A stretch of 64,000 nucleotides of DNA from Eledone cirrhosa (taxonomy: Eukaryota). The notes beneath the pieces were generated by a model that searched no databases, was not told where the DNA came from, and was given only the letters and a program-made list of their open reading frames with translations. The stretch lies in assembly GCA_964016885.1 (NCBI GenBank), contig OZ024741.1, positions 378,634,001 through 378,698,000 on the forward strand, given 5' to 3'. Shown here piece after piece: positions 13,436-26,408 of the stretch; position 1 is the first letter of the stretch; each line of letters begins with the position of its first letter. Position numbers and translations under genes: made by a program.

Positions 13436-14746
13436 CTAGTAGCAGTGGAGGGGGTTTTGGAACGAGGGGGTTTTCTCCTTTCTCATCGCCTTCTCATTGC
13501 AGAAGGCTCTGAGGTGAGTCTTCGACCCACAGCGAAAGCATTTCGGGCGTTTGCCCTCAACACTTATGGGAAGCTGAGTGCCGTTATCGAAGTCTATCCC
13601 ATTCGGGATAGCTTCGATGCACTCCTGGTCGGTTTGGATTAACATCTCAATGTAGGCGCCGACCCAATCTTCTCGTACTTTTTTCTGTACTTGCAGTACG
13701 GTTGTTTTGTCCTCGATTCCGACAAGGACAGATGCGGCCAGGCAATAAGGGTCTTCCCGGGGCGTGGGGTCTTGGGTCAGTTTGACCCTCACAATTTTTT
13801 GCCCGCAGTAGGAGGGCACCAACACCATTTCCTCGCTCCTTGGGGCCACTAAGGATTGAGCCTTTGCGTCCTGGGGTGTACCAAAAAGCACATCCACGGT
13901 GGCATATTTCTTGCCTCGAGTGATATGCGTTTTCCGCTGCCTCACAGATCCTATAGCTTTTTCCATTTGAGCCTCTGTGGCTCGTTCAACCCTATGTGAT
14001 GTTGTGCTTACTGTACGGTCCGTGACCGTACAGTGCTGTTGGGTTTCGAAAGATTCTTCGGCTGCCTTGCAGACTGCTCGGTGTCCAGTTTTCGTCACCA
14101 TCTTCTTTGCTTCCTCTAATTCCTTATTTGTTATAAGGATGGTTTCCAGGTTCTTTGCGACACCTGCAAACGAGATTGTTTTTTCTTTCTTGTTGTTGTT
14201 GCTGTTGTTGTTGTTGTTGTTGTCGTCAACGCTGCTGTTACGTTTGTTGTTGCTGCTGGTACTACGACCGCCGCCGCCGCTGTTGATGATGTTGTTGTTG
14301 TTGTTGTTGCTGTTGCTGTTGTTGTTGTTGTTTTTCTTGTTGTTGTTGATGTTGCTGCTGCTGCTGTTGTTGTGGCTGTTGCTGCTGCTGGTGGTGTTGC
14401 GGCTGCTACGAGTATTTTCCTCGCCACTGTTGCTGTTGCTGATGTTATTACGGCTGCTGCTGCTATTCTTCATGACGTCAGACGAATGAAATGGCTTTCC
14501 GTATTGACCGCACACATCTTTCGTCGTTGTCGTTGTCGTGGAGAAATGTTCCACGGTACGCGCATTCGCTTGATGAAGAACGCTACGAGAAACTACATTT
14601 TTCTTTTTCTTTAATGACGTCGCTTGCGAAAGAGGCGACAGAGGGGACACCACATTTAGAGAAGGGAGGGAGAGAGACAATCTTTTCTCTGACGTAATGA
14701 CGATTGGGGAAGAAGAAGACTTGTGAAAATTCTTTTTTGAATCCAT
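13436..14746 (-). CDS. LINE ORF1 (gag-like) with Zn knuckle and Asn/Ser low-complexity tract
   Basis: CFRCGSKTHLRAFC = CX2CX4HX4C; lies upstream of the APE ORF; probably once extended further 3' through frameshifted pieces. Confidence 0.75.
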   Translation of the reverse strand: MDSKKNFHKSSSSPIVITSEKRLSLSLPSLNVVSPLSPLSQATSLKKKKNVVSRSVLHQANARTVEHFSTTTTTTKDVCGQYGKPFHSSDVMKNSSSSRNNISNSNSGEENTRSSRNTTSSSNSHNNSSSSNINNNKKNNNNNSNSNNNNNNIINSGGGGRSTSSNNKRNSSVDDNNNNNNSNNNKKEKTISFAGVAKNLETILITNKELEEAKKMVTKTGHRAVCKAAEESFETQQHCTVTDRTVSTTSHRVERATEAQMEKAIGSVRQRKTHITRGKKYATVDVLFGTPQDAKAQSLVAPRSEEMVLVPSYCGQKIVRVKLTQDPTPREDPYCLAASVLVGIEDKTTVLQVQKKVREDWVGAYIEMLIQTDQECIEAIPNGIDFDNGTQLPISVEGKRPKCFRCGSKTHLRAFCNEKAMRKEKTPSFQNPLHCY

Positions 14747-14989
14747 GTTTTCTTTTACGGTTTAAAATGAATACTGGACACAAAACCCCAATAACTGGTT
14801 ATTTAACTCCGAAGGGCCAAATAACGGACAGAAAGAAGCCTCTCACGAGGAGGAGGGTGATTTTATCTACAATTTGGTTCAAATTTTAAACAATTTACAA
14901 TTGTTATAAAGGTTAAAAATTACTATACCTTACATAGCCTAGCCTCCGTCAACCCTGGCATTCAATAATAACAATAATAATAATAATAA

Positions 14990-15652
14990 CTACACTGGGT
15001 AATATGTCAGCATTGCAAAATCAAAGCTGAAGACACGTGGTACAATCATCCCCCTGAGCTTGTGACGGAGGGGAAATAGTAACTATTCTCTGGGAGTTTC
15101 ATGTACATACTGACAGGACCATAAAAGCAAATAGACCTGACATCATTGTAAAAGATGAACATAGCAAGGTATGTTTGTTGATAGATATGAGCATCCCATG
15201 TGATCACAATATCGCGGCACAAGAATTTGACAAGCTACGAAAATATAAACATTTGCTTATTGAAATTGAGAAAATGTGGCACCACAAGGCCGTTACAATA
15301 CCAGTGATTGTGGGAGGACTGGGGATAATCAAGAACGGAACAGAACAATATTTGCCATTGATTGCTGGTTTACACTCTCTGCACGAGGTGCAAACAATTG
15401 TTTTGACTGGTACTACACGCGTATGGAGAAGAGCACTATCTCTGTAGGATTGATATCCCTCCTTGTATTTACATATGCATATGCACATGCGTATATATGT
15501 ATACTGTTTTTTTTTTTTGAATTATAATAAATGTGCTGTATTAACTGGCTTACCAATGCACACTGAATTTATTTGCCCTGGGTGTCAGGAAGACACTCGG
15601 CATATAACTCAGAAACAATAATGAAAGAAAATAAAAATAATAATACTAATAA
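14990..15652 (+). mobile_element. R4/Dong-clade LINE 3' fragment (REL endonuclease + 3' UTR)
   Basis: ILWEFHVHTDRTIKANRPDIIVKD..LLIDMSIP..KLRKYKHLLIEIEKMW..IPVIVGGLG, stop at 15447; flanked by AAT repeats. Confidence 0.85.
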
Positions 15653-15654
15653 TA

Positions 15655-15950
15655 TAGCTAACTGTGTAGGATCTGTAAATGAAAGGTGGAAAACTGGGGG
15701 AGTGCACTTGTCCTGGTGGTCAGGGTTAACTGTGGCTTTTTAATGGGTTTTCTCCACGAATGTCCCTCGGAAGTCTCCCCCCTATTGGGGAATTTTTCAT
15801 TGTTATTTTTTTATTACACCCTCTGTTTTTGTTTTTTACACGCGGAAATGCCCATTTGTAACGTCCTGTATTGTCCTGTACTGTTCTTAATGTCTACTTT
15901 ATGTCAACCATTGTGGTTAATAAAGAAAGCATTATTATTATTATTATTAT
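15655..15950 (+). mobile_element. Probable LINE 3' UTR ending AATAAAGAAAGC(ATT)n
   Basis: T-rich tract, poly(A) signal and ATT tail; family assignment (L1/Tx1-like) is inference. Confidence 0.45.
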
Positions 15951-16088
15951 ACTTTAGGCAAAAGGCCAGCAGTTACCCAGTGCATTGCTGGTACTTTATT
16001 TTTCATCCTTATGGGGTCGATAAAATAAAGTACCAATAATGCACTGGTTAATTGCTGGCTTTGTGCCTAAAGTAGAAACAATTATTAT
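15945..16088. mobile_element. Two SINE 3' ends joined in inverted orientation
   Basis: 15945-16002 is the reverse complement of the SINE tail; 16003-16088 is the forward tail. Confidence 0.75.
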
Positions 16089-16101
16089 AGATGCATGGAA
16101 G

Positions 16102-16293
16102 GGCGGTGGATTGTCAGTATCAGTAGAGGGTTGGACACCATGTTTTGTAGCATAGTTACGTCCTTTTATGTCTGAGTTCAAATCCTGCCGAGGTTAACTT
16201 TGCCTTTCATCCTTACGGGGTCGATAAAATAAAGTACCAGTATTGTACTGGAATAATTGCTGGCCTTGTGCTAAAAGTAGAAACACTTATTAT
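16102..16293 (+). mobile_element. tRNA-derived SINE, family A
   Basis: B box GAGTTCAAATCC, core GAGGTTAACTTTGCCTTTCATCCTTACGGGGTCGATAAAATAAAGTACCAG, ATT tail; multiple copies in the window. Confidence 0.88.
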
Positions 16294-16870
16294 AGTTGCA
16301 TTTATCTTGCTTTATGTTCATACGAGTTATCACCAAGTCACAACCAGTGACCTCAAGAGACAACAAGGACCGCCATGTTCAAGAAAGAACATACATACAC
16401 ACACATGCCCATTTAGGTGTTTAAATTTGTGATGTACTTATATTGACAGACTCTTCCTTAGTATATGGGCAGTTCCCATTAGTACTATCTTTTGTATTTC
16501 TCCTATACGCGGGTTTCCTGTGATTTGCGATAAGTAATCATTAGACCCCTTAGGTATCATTCCTAGAGCGCCTACAACCACTAATATTGCTTTACTTCTC
16601 AATTTCCACATTTTTTCAATTTCTATCTCCAGGTCCTTATAATTGCTCAATTTTTCAAATGTTTTTATAGATACATTCTTGTCTATTGGAACGGACATAT
16701 CAATTAGCAGGCTTACCCTCTTTTTAAAGTCCTTCAGTATTATATCAGGTCTATTTACATCTATTTTTCGGTCTGTTTGGATGCTAAAGTCCCACAAGAT
16801 TGAGATGTGATCTTTTTCAAGTATGGGAGGTGGTTGATGCTCCACCAATATCCAATGTATGTATTGCGCA
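16294..16870 (-). mobile_element. R4/Dong-clade LINE 3' fragment (REL endonuclease ORF 16438-16848 + 3' UTR)
   Basis: ILWDFSIQTDRKIDVNRPDIILKD..LIDMSVP..KLSNYKDLEIEIEKMW..VVGALG..QKIVLMGTAHILRK; next to (ATT)n. Confidence 0.87.
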
Positions 16871-16899
16871 TTATTATTATTATTATTATTATTATTATA

Positions 16900-17101
16900 G
16901 CGTGGTGTATTGGCAGTATGGGTAGAGGGTCGGACGCCATGCTTTGCAGCAAAGAGTTACGGCCCTTTATGGTCTGAGTTCAAATCCCGCCAAGGTTAAC
17001 TTTGCCTTTCATCCTTATGGAGGTGACAAAATAAAGAACCAGTAATGTACTGGATAATTGTTGGCTTGTGCCAAAAGTAGAAACAATTATTAATATTATT
17101 A
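16900..17101 (+). mobile_element. tRNA-derived SINE, family A
   Basis: A-box-like TGGCAGTATGGG, B box GAGTTCAAATCC, same core and tail. Confidence 0.88.
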
Positions 17102-17122
17102 TCTGCCACGTGTGAATGGGCC

Positions 17123-17384
17123 TGAGATAGAGTGTCCGTGCTGTTTGCTCTGATCAGAGCAAACAGCACGGACACTCTATCTCAAAATTATTTTTGAAAA
17201 GCATTTAGAAATGCGCAACCGGTAAAAACTTAAAAACTTAAAACCACAACTGAATACTAACCCATACAATCACTAATACTCTTTCATTCCTAATTAAACC
17301 ATTTTTCAACTGTGAACAATTTGTCAGCATTTTCTATTCCGTTTACCAATATATAATAACTTGTGTGCTACACCTCTATTCTTT

Positions 17385-17390
<6 letters not shown>
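17123..17390 (+). mobile_element. Solo 3' tail of the Neptune PLE with a 5' fold-back palindrome
   Basis: 17154-17390 is nearly identical to the reverse complement of ~7037-7277; 17123-17184 is a perfect 62-bp palindrome; ends in (TA)n. Confidence 0.9.
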
Positions 17391-17471
<81 letters not shown>

Positions 17472-17599
17472 GTTATATAGTAAGGTGTATTATTGGTTGT
17501 GCAAAACGGTCCAATAAATGTTTGTTAGCAATATTAAGTTCTCCACGCTTTAGTATATCTCCAATTCCATTCAAGGGAACAGCTAGATGATGTAAACCG

Positions 17600-17638
<39 letters not shown>

Positions 17639-20212
17639 CACGTATACATACAGAAATTGTGCGAGAAAGCGTCGTGAGCGCCGTCTTGTTTCAGACTATA
17701 ATATCATTTAGATGAGCAATGTTGGTGATTTAATTAGAGTTCACGGTTGCTCAGTCAATGCTACTTTGCACATGTGTCTCGCAGGAAGCTGTGGATCATT
17801 TGTCATCATTCAACTTTCATTGCATTGCTGATTATCATGAGACGCTCGTTAGATTCCGAAAGCGTTTGCGCCTTCTACGTTTTGGAAATGGTTACTTATA
17901 TATAACTGGACAGATATTTGCTTTCATATCAATGACGTCATTCAATCCTTAAAGCCTCACAATAGTTTACCAAGAGCTGTTTTGCCAATAGCCTGTTCTC
18001 CAATCAGAATGTTTCAGAGCAACGAATTAGGATTCATTTCGGCAATATGCCTCTGTCGTAGTATTGTGGTTCCATTGCTGGTTACTTACATTCAGAAGCG
18101 GCTGCTATTTGTCATTTACGCTTTTTTAAATCATAAAGTAAACGTTTCAACAACACTATGTATTACACAATTCATACATAAGTATTGTGGTAGCTCAGAT
18201 ACAATGAAGCATCAGTCCTAACTAGGATATCCCACTGATGATTTTCAATACGTTAGTGGTATCCTATTAATACAAATCTCTAAATAGTTTGACCTGATTT
18301 CATAGTAGTTACTATAAAGGGGAAATTAAGCCGTATAATATTATGTGACGTATGGTGCAATCAACGTCACTGTGTTCATAATAATTATCAAAATTATCTT
18401 CACATTACTGAAGAAATTCATCCCATACAAAAATAGCTTTTAACAATTATTTATTCTACTAATAATATGGACGAATTTTTAAACCCGATACCTATAAGCT
18501 ACTAATGTATTAATACTAAATGCTTCTGTTTATAGGAGGACTGCGGAATTAGCATGATGTACCAATACACAAGAACCTGGAATGAACATATGATCATATA
18601 TAGTCATTAACTGCAACTTTTCAAATTGACATACAGTCCTATGCCAATGCATTCAGGCGCACGAATTTACACAATCTCCTTCTTGGGCTACATTGGGGGA
18701 TTAAGTGGTAAATATACAATATGAAACCTAAATTGAGACCTAATTTCCGAAACCCAAATGACGCGCTGGATATCAGAAACCAAGTAGATTAACTACAATA
18801 TGAAAGGATTTACAAAAATTATTAACGTATAATCTGAGTTGACTTTATCTTCCATAAACAAATTGGTTTAAAATTAAACTAAAATTAAAATGACACTAGT
18901 ATTTAAAAACTACGAAAATATGTGTAGTCCACTTCATCATTACTTCCAATCACAATGGCTTTTTTTTATAATTTCATTTATCCAGTTATTTAGTAGGATT
19001 ACAATAATACATAGAGTTTTTGAAATTGTTTCGTGCCTCATTATTTTAGCGAAATTATAAGGTTTCAATTTACTCTCTAACCATGTCCAAAAGCATTTCA
19101 ACGGTTTCCTCCCTATATGCATGGTTTATCACTCGTATTATATTGCACTATTGGAAGGAATATCATATTCCCCAGAGCGATATATTTATATACGTTGATA
19201 TTTGTTTTGATGATATTTACCAGACTAACTGATACATTTCGCACCCTCATTTCTTCCTACTAAGTAAAGCATGAAATATATTCCTTTATAGTTGGTCTTG
19301 TGCAAAATTGTGTTTATACCCTATGGTAGTAGATATAAATATACTACTGCATTCCTTTCTTTAATGATTTGATTTAGATTTATATAGATTAATTTACCTT
19401 TATATTATAAACACTAAATATTAATTTTCATTCTGTGGTAATTTCTCAACAATTAAACTCTATTAGGAATATATATAATATACGCTTTTAGATTTACAAT
19501 ACTTAATAATATATCTTTCAAAATTCACTCATATTTGGACTAGTCGCTGGTTAATTAATATATATATTATTGGATTTAAAATCGTTAATATATTCATCTC
19601 AAACTTCTTTAAATTTATAATCCCTAGGCGTCTGGTAAACATGAAGGTATCACTGAATTATTATGTCCTCACGTTATGAAACAGATGATTTTACAGTCAT
19701 TAATTACTCAATTTTGTGTCTTTAAATATTAACTTATATTTCGGTTTTAGTGTAGAAATTTATTATGTCCTTCTATATTCCAAATTATATAATTCATACA
19801 TGGAGATATTTAACATAATTAAACGATCTCAGCTCGCACATTTCCTAATCTAATTGGAAATGAGTTCCGGAATGCATATTGACTGATATATATCTCCCGA
19901 AATGTTCATAAATAATTTATGATTTCATAAATTTTTCTATGCTGAACTCTTTAAATAACAAATTCTTGACTCATTTTAACTTTTGTTTCAGCTGTATATA
20001 TTACTCTATGGTGTACGCTTTTGTGTTTATTATTGAGACAAGTACATTTCTATATATAACACATGTTTCTTAGACCACAAAATATAACGGCACATCGGTA
20101 GACATAGGCTGGGACTTTTCATCTGAAAATATTTACAAACCGAATATAAATATTTTCATCGTGTTGTTTTCCTCGATATTTGGTAACGAGAATAAGTTCT
20201 TCGCTCTAGCAA

Positions 20213-20277
<65 letters not shown>

Positions 20278-20333
20278 CTCTCTCCCGTCTCTCTCCGACT
20301 TTCTCTCTCACTTCTGCTCTCCCTCTCTATGCT

Positions 20334-20366
<33 letters not shown>

Positions 20367-20398
20367 CTATCCATTTACCTAACTATCTATTGTGTATG

Positions 20399-20457
<59 letters not shown>

Positions 20458-20503
20458 ATGTGTATGTATGTGTGGGAGTGTGTGGGTGTATATATAATAT
20501 GTA

Positions 20504-20581
<78 letters not shown>

Positions 20582-20606
20582 TTAGTGTGTGTGTGTGTGT
20601 GTGGGT

Positions 20607-20640
<34 letters not shown>

Positions 20641-21190
20641 ATGCTGAGAGAGATAGAGAGGGGATGGAGAGAGAGATTGAAAAACAAAAAAAATGTTTAA
20701 TAAACGAAAATACGCTCCTGAAATTGTATATAGATAAGAACGAACAATATACACTATTGGATATACATAAACTACTCATCAGTAAATAATGGTAAAAAAG
20801 AAAATAAATTCTTAATGCATTTTTTTTAGGTTCTAATACATATATTCATAATATGTGCATATTTAATGTAAACTATACGAAATAAAAAAAGAAATGTAAC
20901 TTAGGTGAAAGTTATATGATAAATATTTGCACGCTCGGCATCTGTATGGCGCCATGTGGGAACCAACAGCATATACGATGCAAAATATTTGCTTCAATGC
21001 TGTTAACGTTTACCATTTCCATAAACCAAAGTTTCATCCAACCCTGTCAAAATATTTTGCCGCTATTCTTTCATTAGACATTGGTCTAACTTGAAGGTTT
21101 ATCTCAGTAAATATTGGATATATATGTGTATTTGTTTCTCTCTGATTCCCCCTCACTCTCTCTCCACCTCTTTCTAACTTTTTATTTCTC

Positions 21191-22428
<1,238 letters not shown>

Positions 22429-22682
22429 CATTCAAGTTTGCAATTTTCAACAGTTGAAAATTGCAAACTTGACTGTCACCACATATTATGAACCTGAAGA
22501 TTGCGAAAGCATGAAAGTACTTGTTCAATTAACACTTAGAATTTAATATTCTATCATACTATTTCATGATAATACCATTATACATTTTAAAGGATTATAA
22601 ATATAACGAGTAAATCAGACAAAGTTGGAATTCCTCTTATTAATATAATCTTCTATACGCAATCATACACACCCGTGTATAT

Positions 22683-22780
<98 letters not shown>

Positions 22781-22869
22781 ATATACACTATATATATATA
22801 TATACACACATACCCGTCATAATGACGTAATGCAGACACTCAGGCATACAGGGAGATATTATATCTCTG

Positions 22870-23068
22870 TATCTATCTAAAAAGAGAAAGACTAAGAATT
22901 ATAGATAGAGATCGCTAAATCGCCTAATGTAGTCCCTAGGGCATTGAACATTATGGTCCATTCACAGGACCATAAATATTACATGTGTAAATTTTGAAAA
23001 CAATCGTTTGGGTGGTTTTCGAGTTTTAGTGATCGGACAGACAGACATTCTCTGTTTTAGATATATAG
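22870..23068. mobile_element. Small non-autonomous DNA element (MITE- or Helentron-like)
   Basis: Imperfect terminal inverted repeats TATCTAAAAAGAGAA / TTCTCTGTTTTAGATA, internal ATGGTCC..GGACCAT hairpin and GACA repeats. Confidence 0.4.
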
Positions 23069-26000
23069 GTATGTAGCATAATTTATATTGTATATATATG
23101 TCTGTGACGTTAATTATAAGGAATTAAAGTGTGATAAGCACAAGTCCAAGCATTGTAGGTTGAAAATGACATTTTAGCAATAATAATAAATGCTGATGTC
23201 ATGTTTATTCCATACAACTTGTTTATTAGGAGCCTGGATTACTTGAAGGCACTGCTACACAAATATGTACCAACTGCTCAGAAAGGCAATGATCAAAAAT
23301 AAATGTTTACATGATATATCATAAATAATATATTATTCTTTATATACTGAAATCTGATTTTGTTTAACTTCAGTCCCATACGTTATCTAAGTCTGATATA
23401 AAATTGCTAAAAGAAATGGGTTTGTGACTTCACAAAAATGAACAAGGAGAAAGCCCGCGTCTAGATGGTAAAGATTACCTAAATCTGCCGCTTTTCAATG
23501 TAAAGAAGACCGCTGTCATCTGTGAAGCCATTCTTAAGGAACGCCTAAACATACAAATGACACACTAAGGATCTTATCGAAAATACTGTTTGCATGCTGT
23601 AGATAGGGATCAGGGAGTACATAACAACGAGAGTTTCTGTCAAAAACACTCTGGTATGTGCAGCAGCTGAGAAACTGTGGTGATCACAAAACCGACAGAA
23701 AGGAATGTGGAGGAAGTTAAGAGTCGTTAATCATCAACATGCAAATGCAACAGATGAATAACATATAAAAGCTTCACGGCACCACCATATCCATATCCTT
23801 AGACCATTTAGGGAAGAGCGCATCGATAACTTGTTTTTGTTTTGCATGGATTTTTATTTACATTAGAAAAGTGCGGTGATAACACCGACATATTATGTTG
23901 AATCATAATGGGTAAAAATGTTAGATTGTTTTATTGTGTTTGTCATCATTCGCCTTTTATATATTTCTACCCCATTGTACCTGCTTCGGAAATACCTCTC
24001 AGTTATCAATCATTGATAAAATAAAATATAATATAATGTAACTGGTTCGAATATGGAAACTTTCATATAGGCATATTTCCCTCGAGGCGATACCAACCAA
24101 AATGATACGAAACGAAGCTGAATATAGAAATCTATACATAATGAATGAATGTAAATTCGTATATGAAATGTATATAGAGGTTTAATCGATAGTAAATCAT
24201 ATATTCAATATAATGCCACATTGTTCAAGATTGAAGCTAAGATTGATTTAAAATTACACACATTCAGTTTTTCGAGTTTGTGCCAATATATAATAATGCA
24301 TTATTTTTTGTTACCTGCGTAATATTTTATGTCAAATACCGATTTATTCCTGTCTTACAAAAATGTTTATTGAACGTTTTAATGCAGTACAATATTTTTC
24401 ATTCACGTAACCATAAAATCCTATTGTATAATCCAAATTAATTATAATTTCACCCGCAGATATAAAAAGTTATAAATACTGAAGGGAATTTTGTTTCTGC
24501 CAGCTAACAGTTCAGACGAATGAGATTCTTTCTGGGTAATTTATTTGGGGATTTGATTTTCCTCATAAGTAATTGTGTATGGTCCGATACGAAATAATGT
24601 GAGCAATTCATTGATCATCCAGAAATATAGACAGACATCCTGTCTACTGGATAGCCGATAAAAACAGAGAAGTCGTTTGAATTTGAATACATGCATTAAC
24701 AATAAAGCAATACGTGTTCAGAACCTTCCAAAGCTGAACGTTTAGGTCGCATTTCACAAAGTTGTCAATTAGTATGTGTCACACATAAAACTTCATCAAT
24801 CCAGCCTTGCATTATACACATAAATACATACATTCATTTATACGTATCTTCATATATACACACATTATCCATACGTACATACATATATGCATACACCCAC
24901 ATATATTCAAATCAAATATTTAAGTATGTGTTTAAGGGTAATTCAGTCAATAGAGATTCATATATAATACAGGCGCCAAGCTAAACACTCAGATGACTGC
25001 ATAATGCCTCTCTCATATACGCATACATGTGTGTGGATGTGCATTTGAATGTGGGGTGCACGTGTGAGCGCGTCTGAATAAATAACATATAATTATCATG
25101 GTCAAATCTATCACTGTCTTCCTCATTATCACCTTTCTTATGATCCAGAACGCTCTCATTTTATTCCCTATTGCGGACGTCTGTGTTCTAAAAAGTAATA
25201 TCGCTTTTTTATAAATTATTTAAAAGGAATTCTCATTATGCAGCCCTTATCAAAATGAATCGCTGTCATATAACATTTTGCTCTGACTGTCTGGTATAGT
25301 CATAATATATTTTCGTCATTATCACATAAACAGCTTATTTTACCTTTTATTGTCCTCTCATTTACAGGGTAAACTACAAAGCACAGGAATATCTTATACC
25401 AGTATATTCATAAGTTATTTATATAGGAATAATGGTAAAACCAAATACACTTAGTTAACTGGTTATCAAATATATTCACCATTTATTGCTATATATCCTT
25501 GGATTTTTTCTGCGTACGCACTACCTCCATCTCACTGATGGATTGGCAGTATTGAAAGAAACATACAAGTGAATAGGGTGATAAACCCTTATGACAGAAA
25601 TTTGTGGTAGTATATAAGAACGAATCGGGATAATATTCAACAACTCTTAGAAGTGAATCTGCATGTTAAAACATATATGAGGACCTTCCAATTCCAGAGT
25701 CATGTTCGATCATTAGTAAATCATTCCTCGATCTGATCGGCAGTGAAGCATATGTAATATTTCATAAAGTATGTATATGATGGGACACTGATTCTTTGTT
25801 CCCTTATATATTAATGTTTTATATATATTTATATATATATAAAACGAAGGAATGATGATTAACACGCATAAGCGATACAAAAGGATTTTATTCCAAGCAT
25901 TAACATATGGCTTATTGCCTAGTATGGTATCGATTGTGTCTTAAAATCCCCATCTACAACGTTTTTCTGCAACTCGGTTTTACATATTCTTTATACCAGC

Positions 26001-26342
26001 CAAGTTATCAAAACATTCTGTTTTGATATTTTGTCAGCTATGAATAGTATTTAAAACCAAGTTTCACAATACCATTGCAGATAATATTGTAAATATCGAT
26101 TTTAGCACACAATCGATAACATACTAGGCAATGGATCATGTTATTGCTAGGAATGTTCTTCATTCATTCGTTATTAATACTCCAGGAACAACTGACCTTG
26201 GAACTGTCCGAAATCCCCCTCCGAACAACACAGCTAAATAAACATCTTGTTGCATGACCCATTGCTGCACCTTAAAATATTTCACAGTACAGATTATTTG
26301 CAATTTTACCTTGGATAATCTTAGATTATATCTCATTTATTT

Positions 26343-26401
<59 letters not shown>

Positions 26402-26408
<7 letters not shown>

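Larger units (their letters stand above)
11781..14962 (-). mobile_element. L1/Tx1-like LINE, 5' part only (5' UTR, ORF1, APE domain of ORF2)
   Basis: ORF1 with CCHC knuckle followed by an APE endonuclease; 5' end abuts (AAT)n at ~14965. Confidence 0.85.

Noticed and set aside
13977-14489. Poly-Leu 'membrane protein' ORF
   Set aside because: Antisense reading of the (AAC/AGC)n tract in LINE ORF1.
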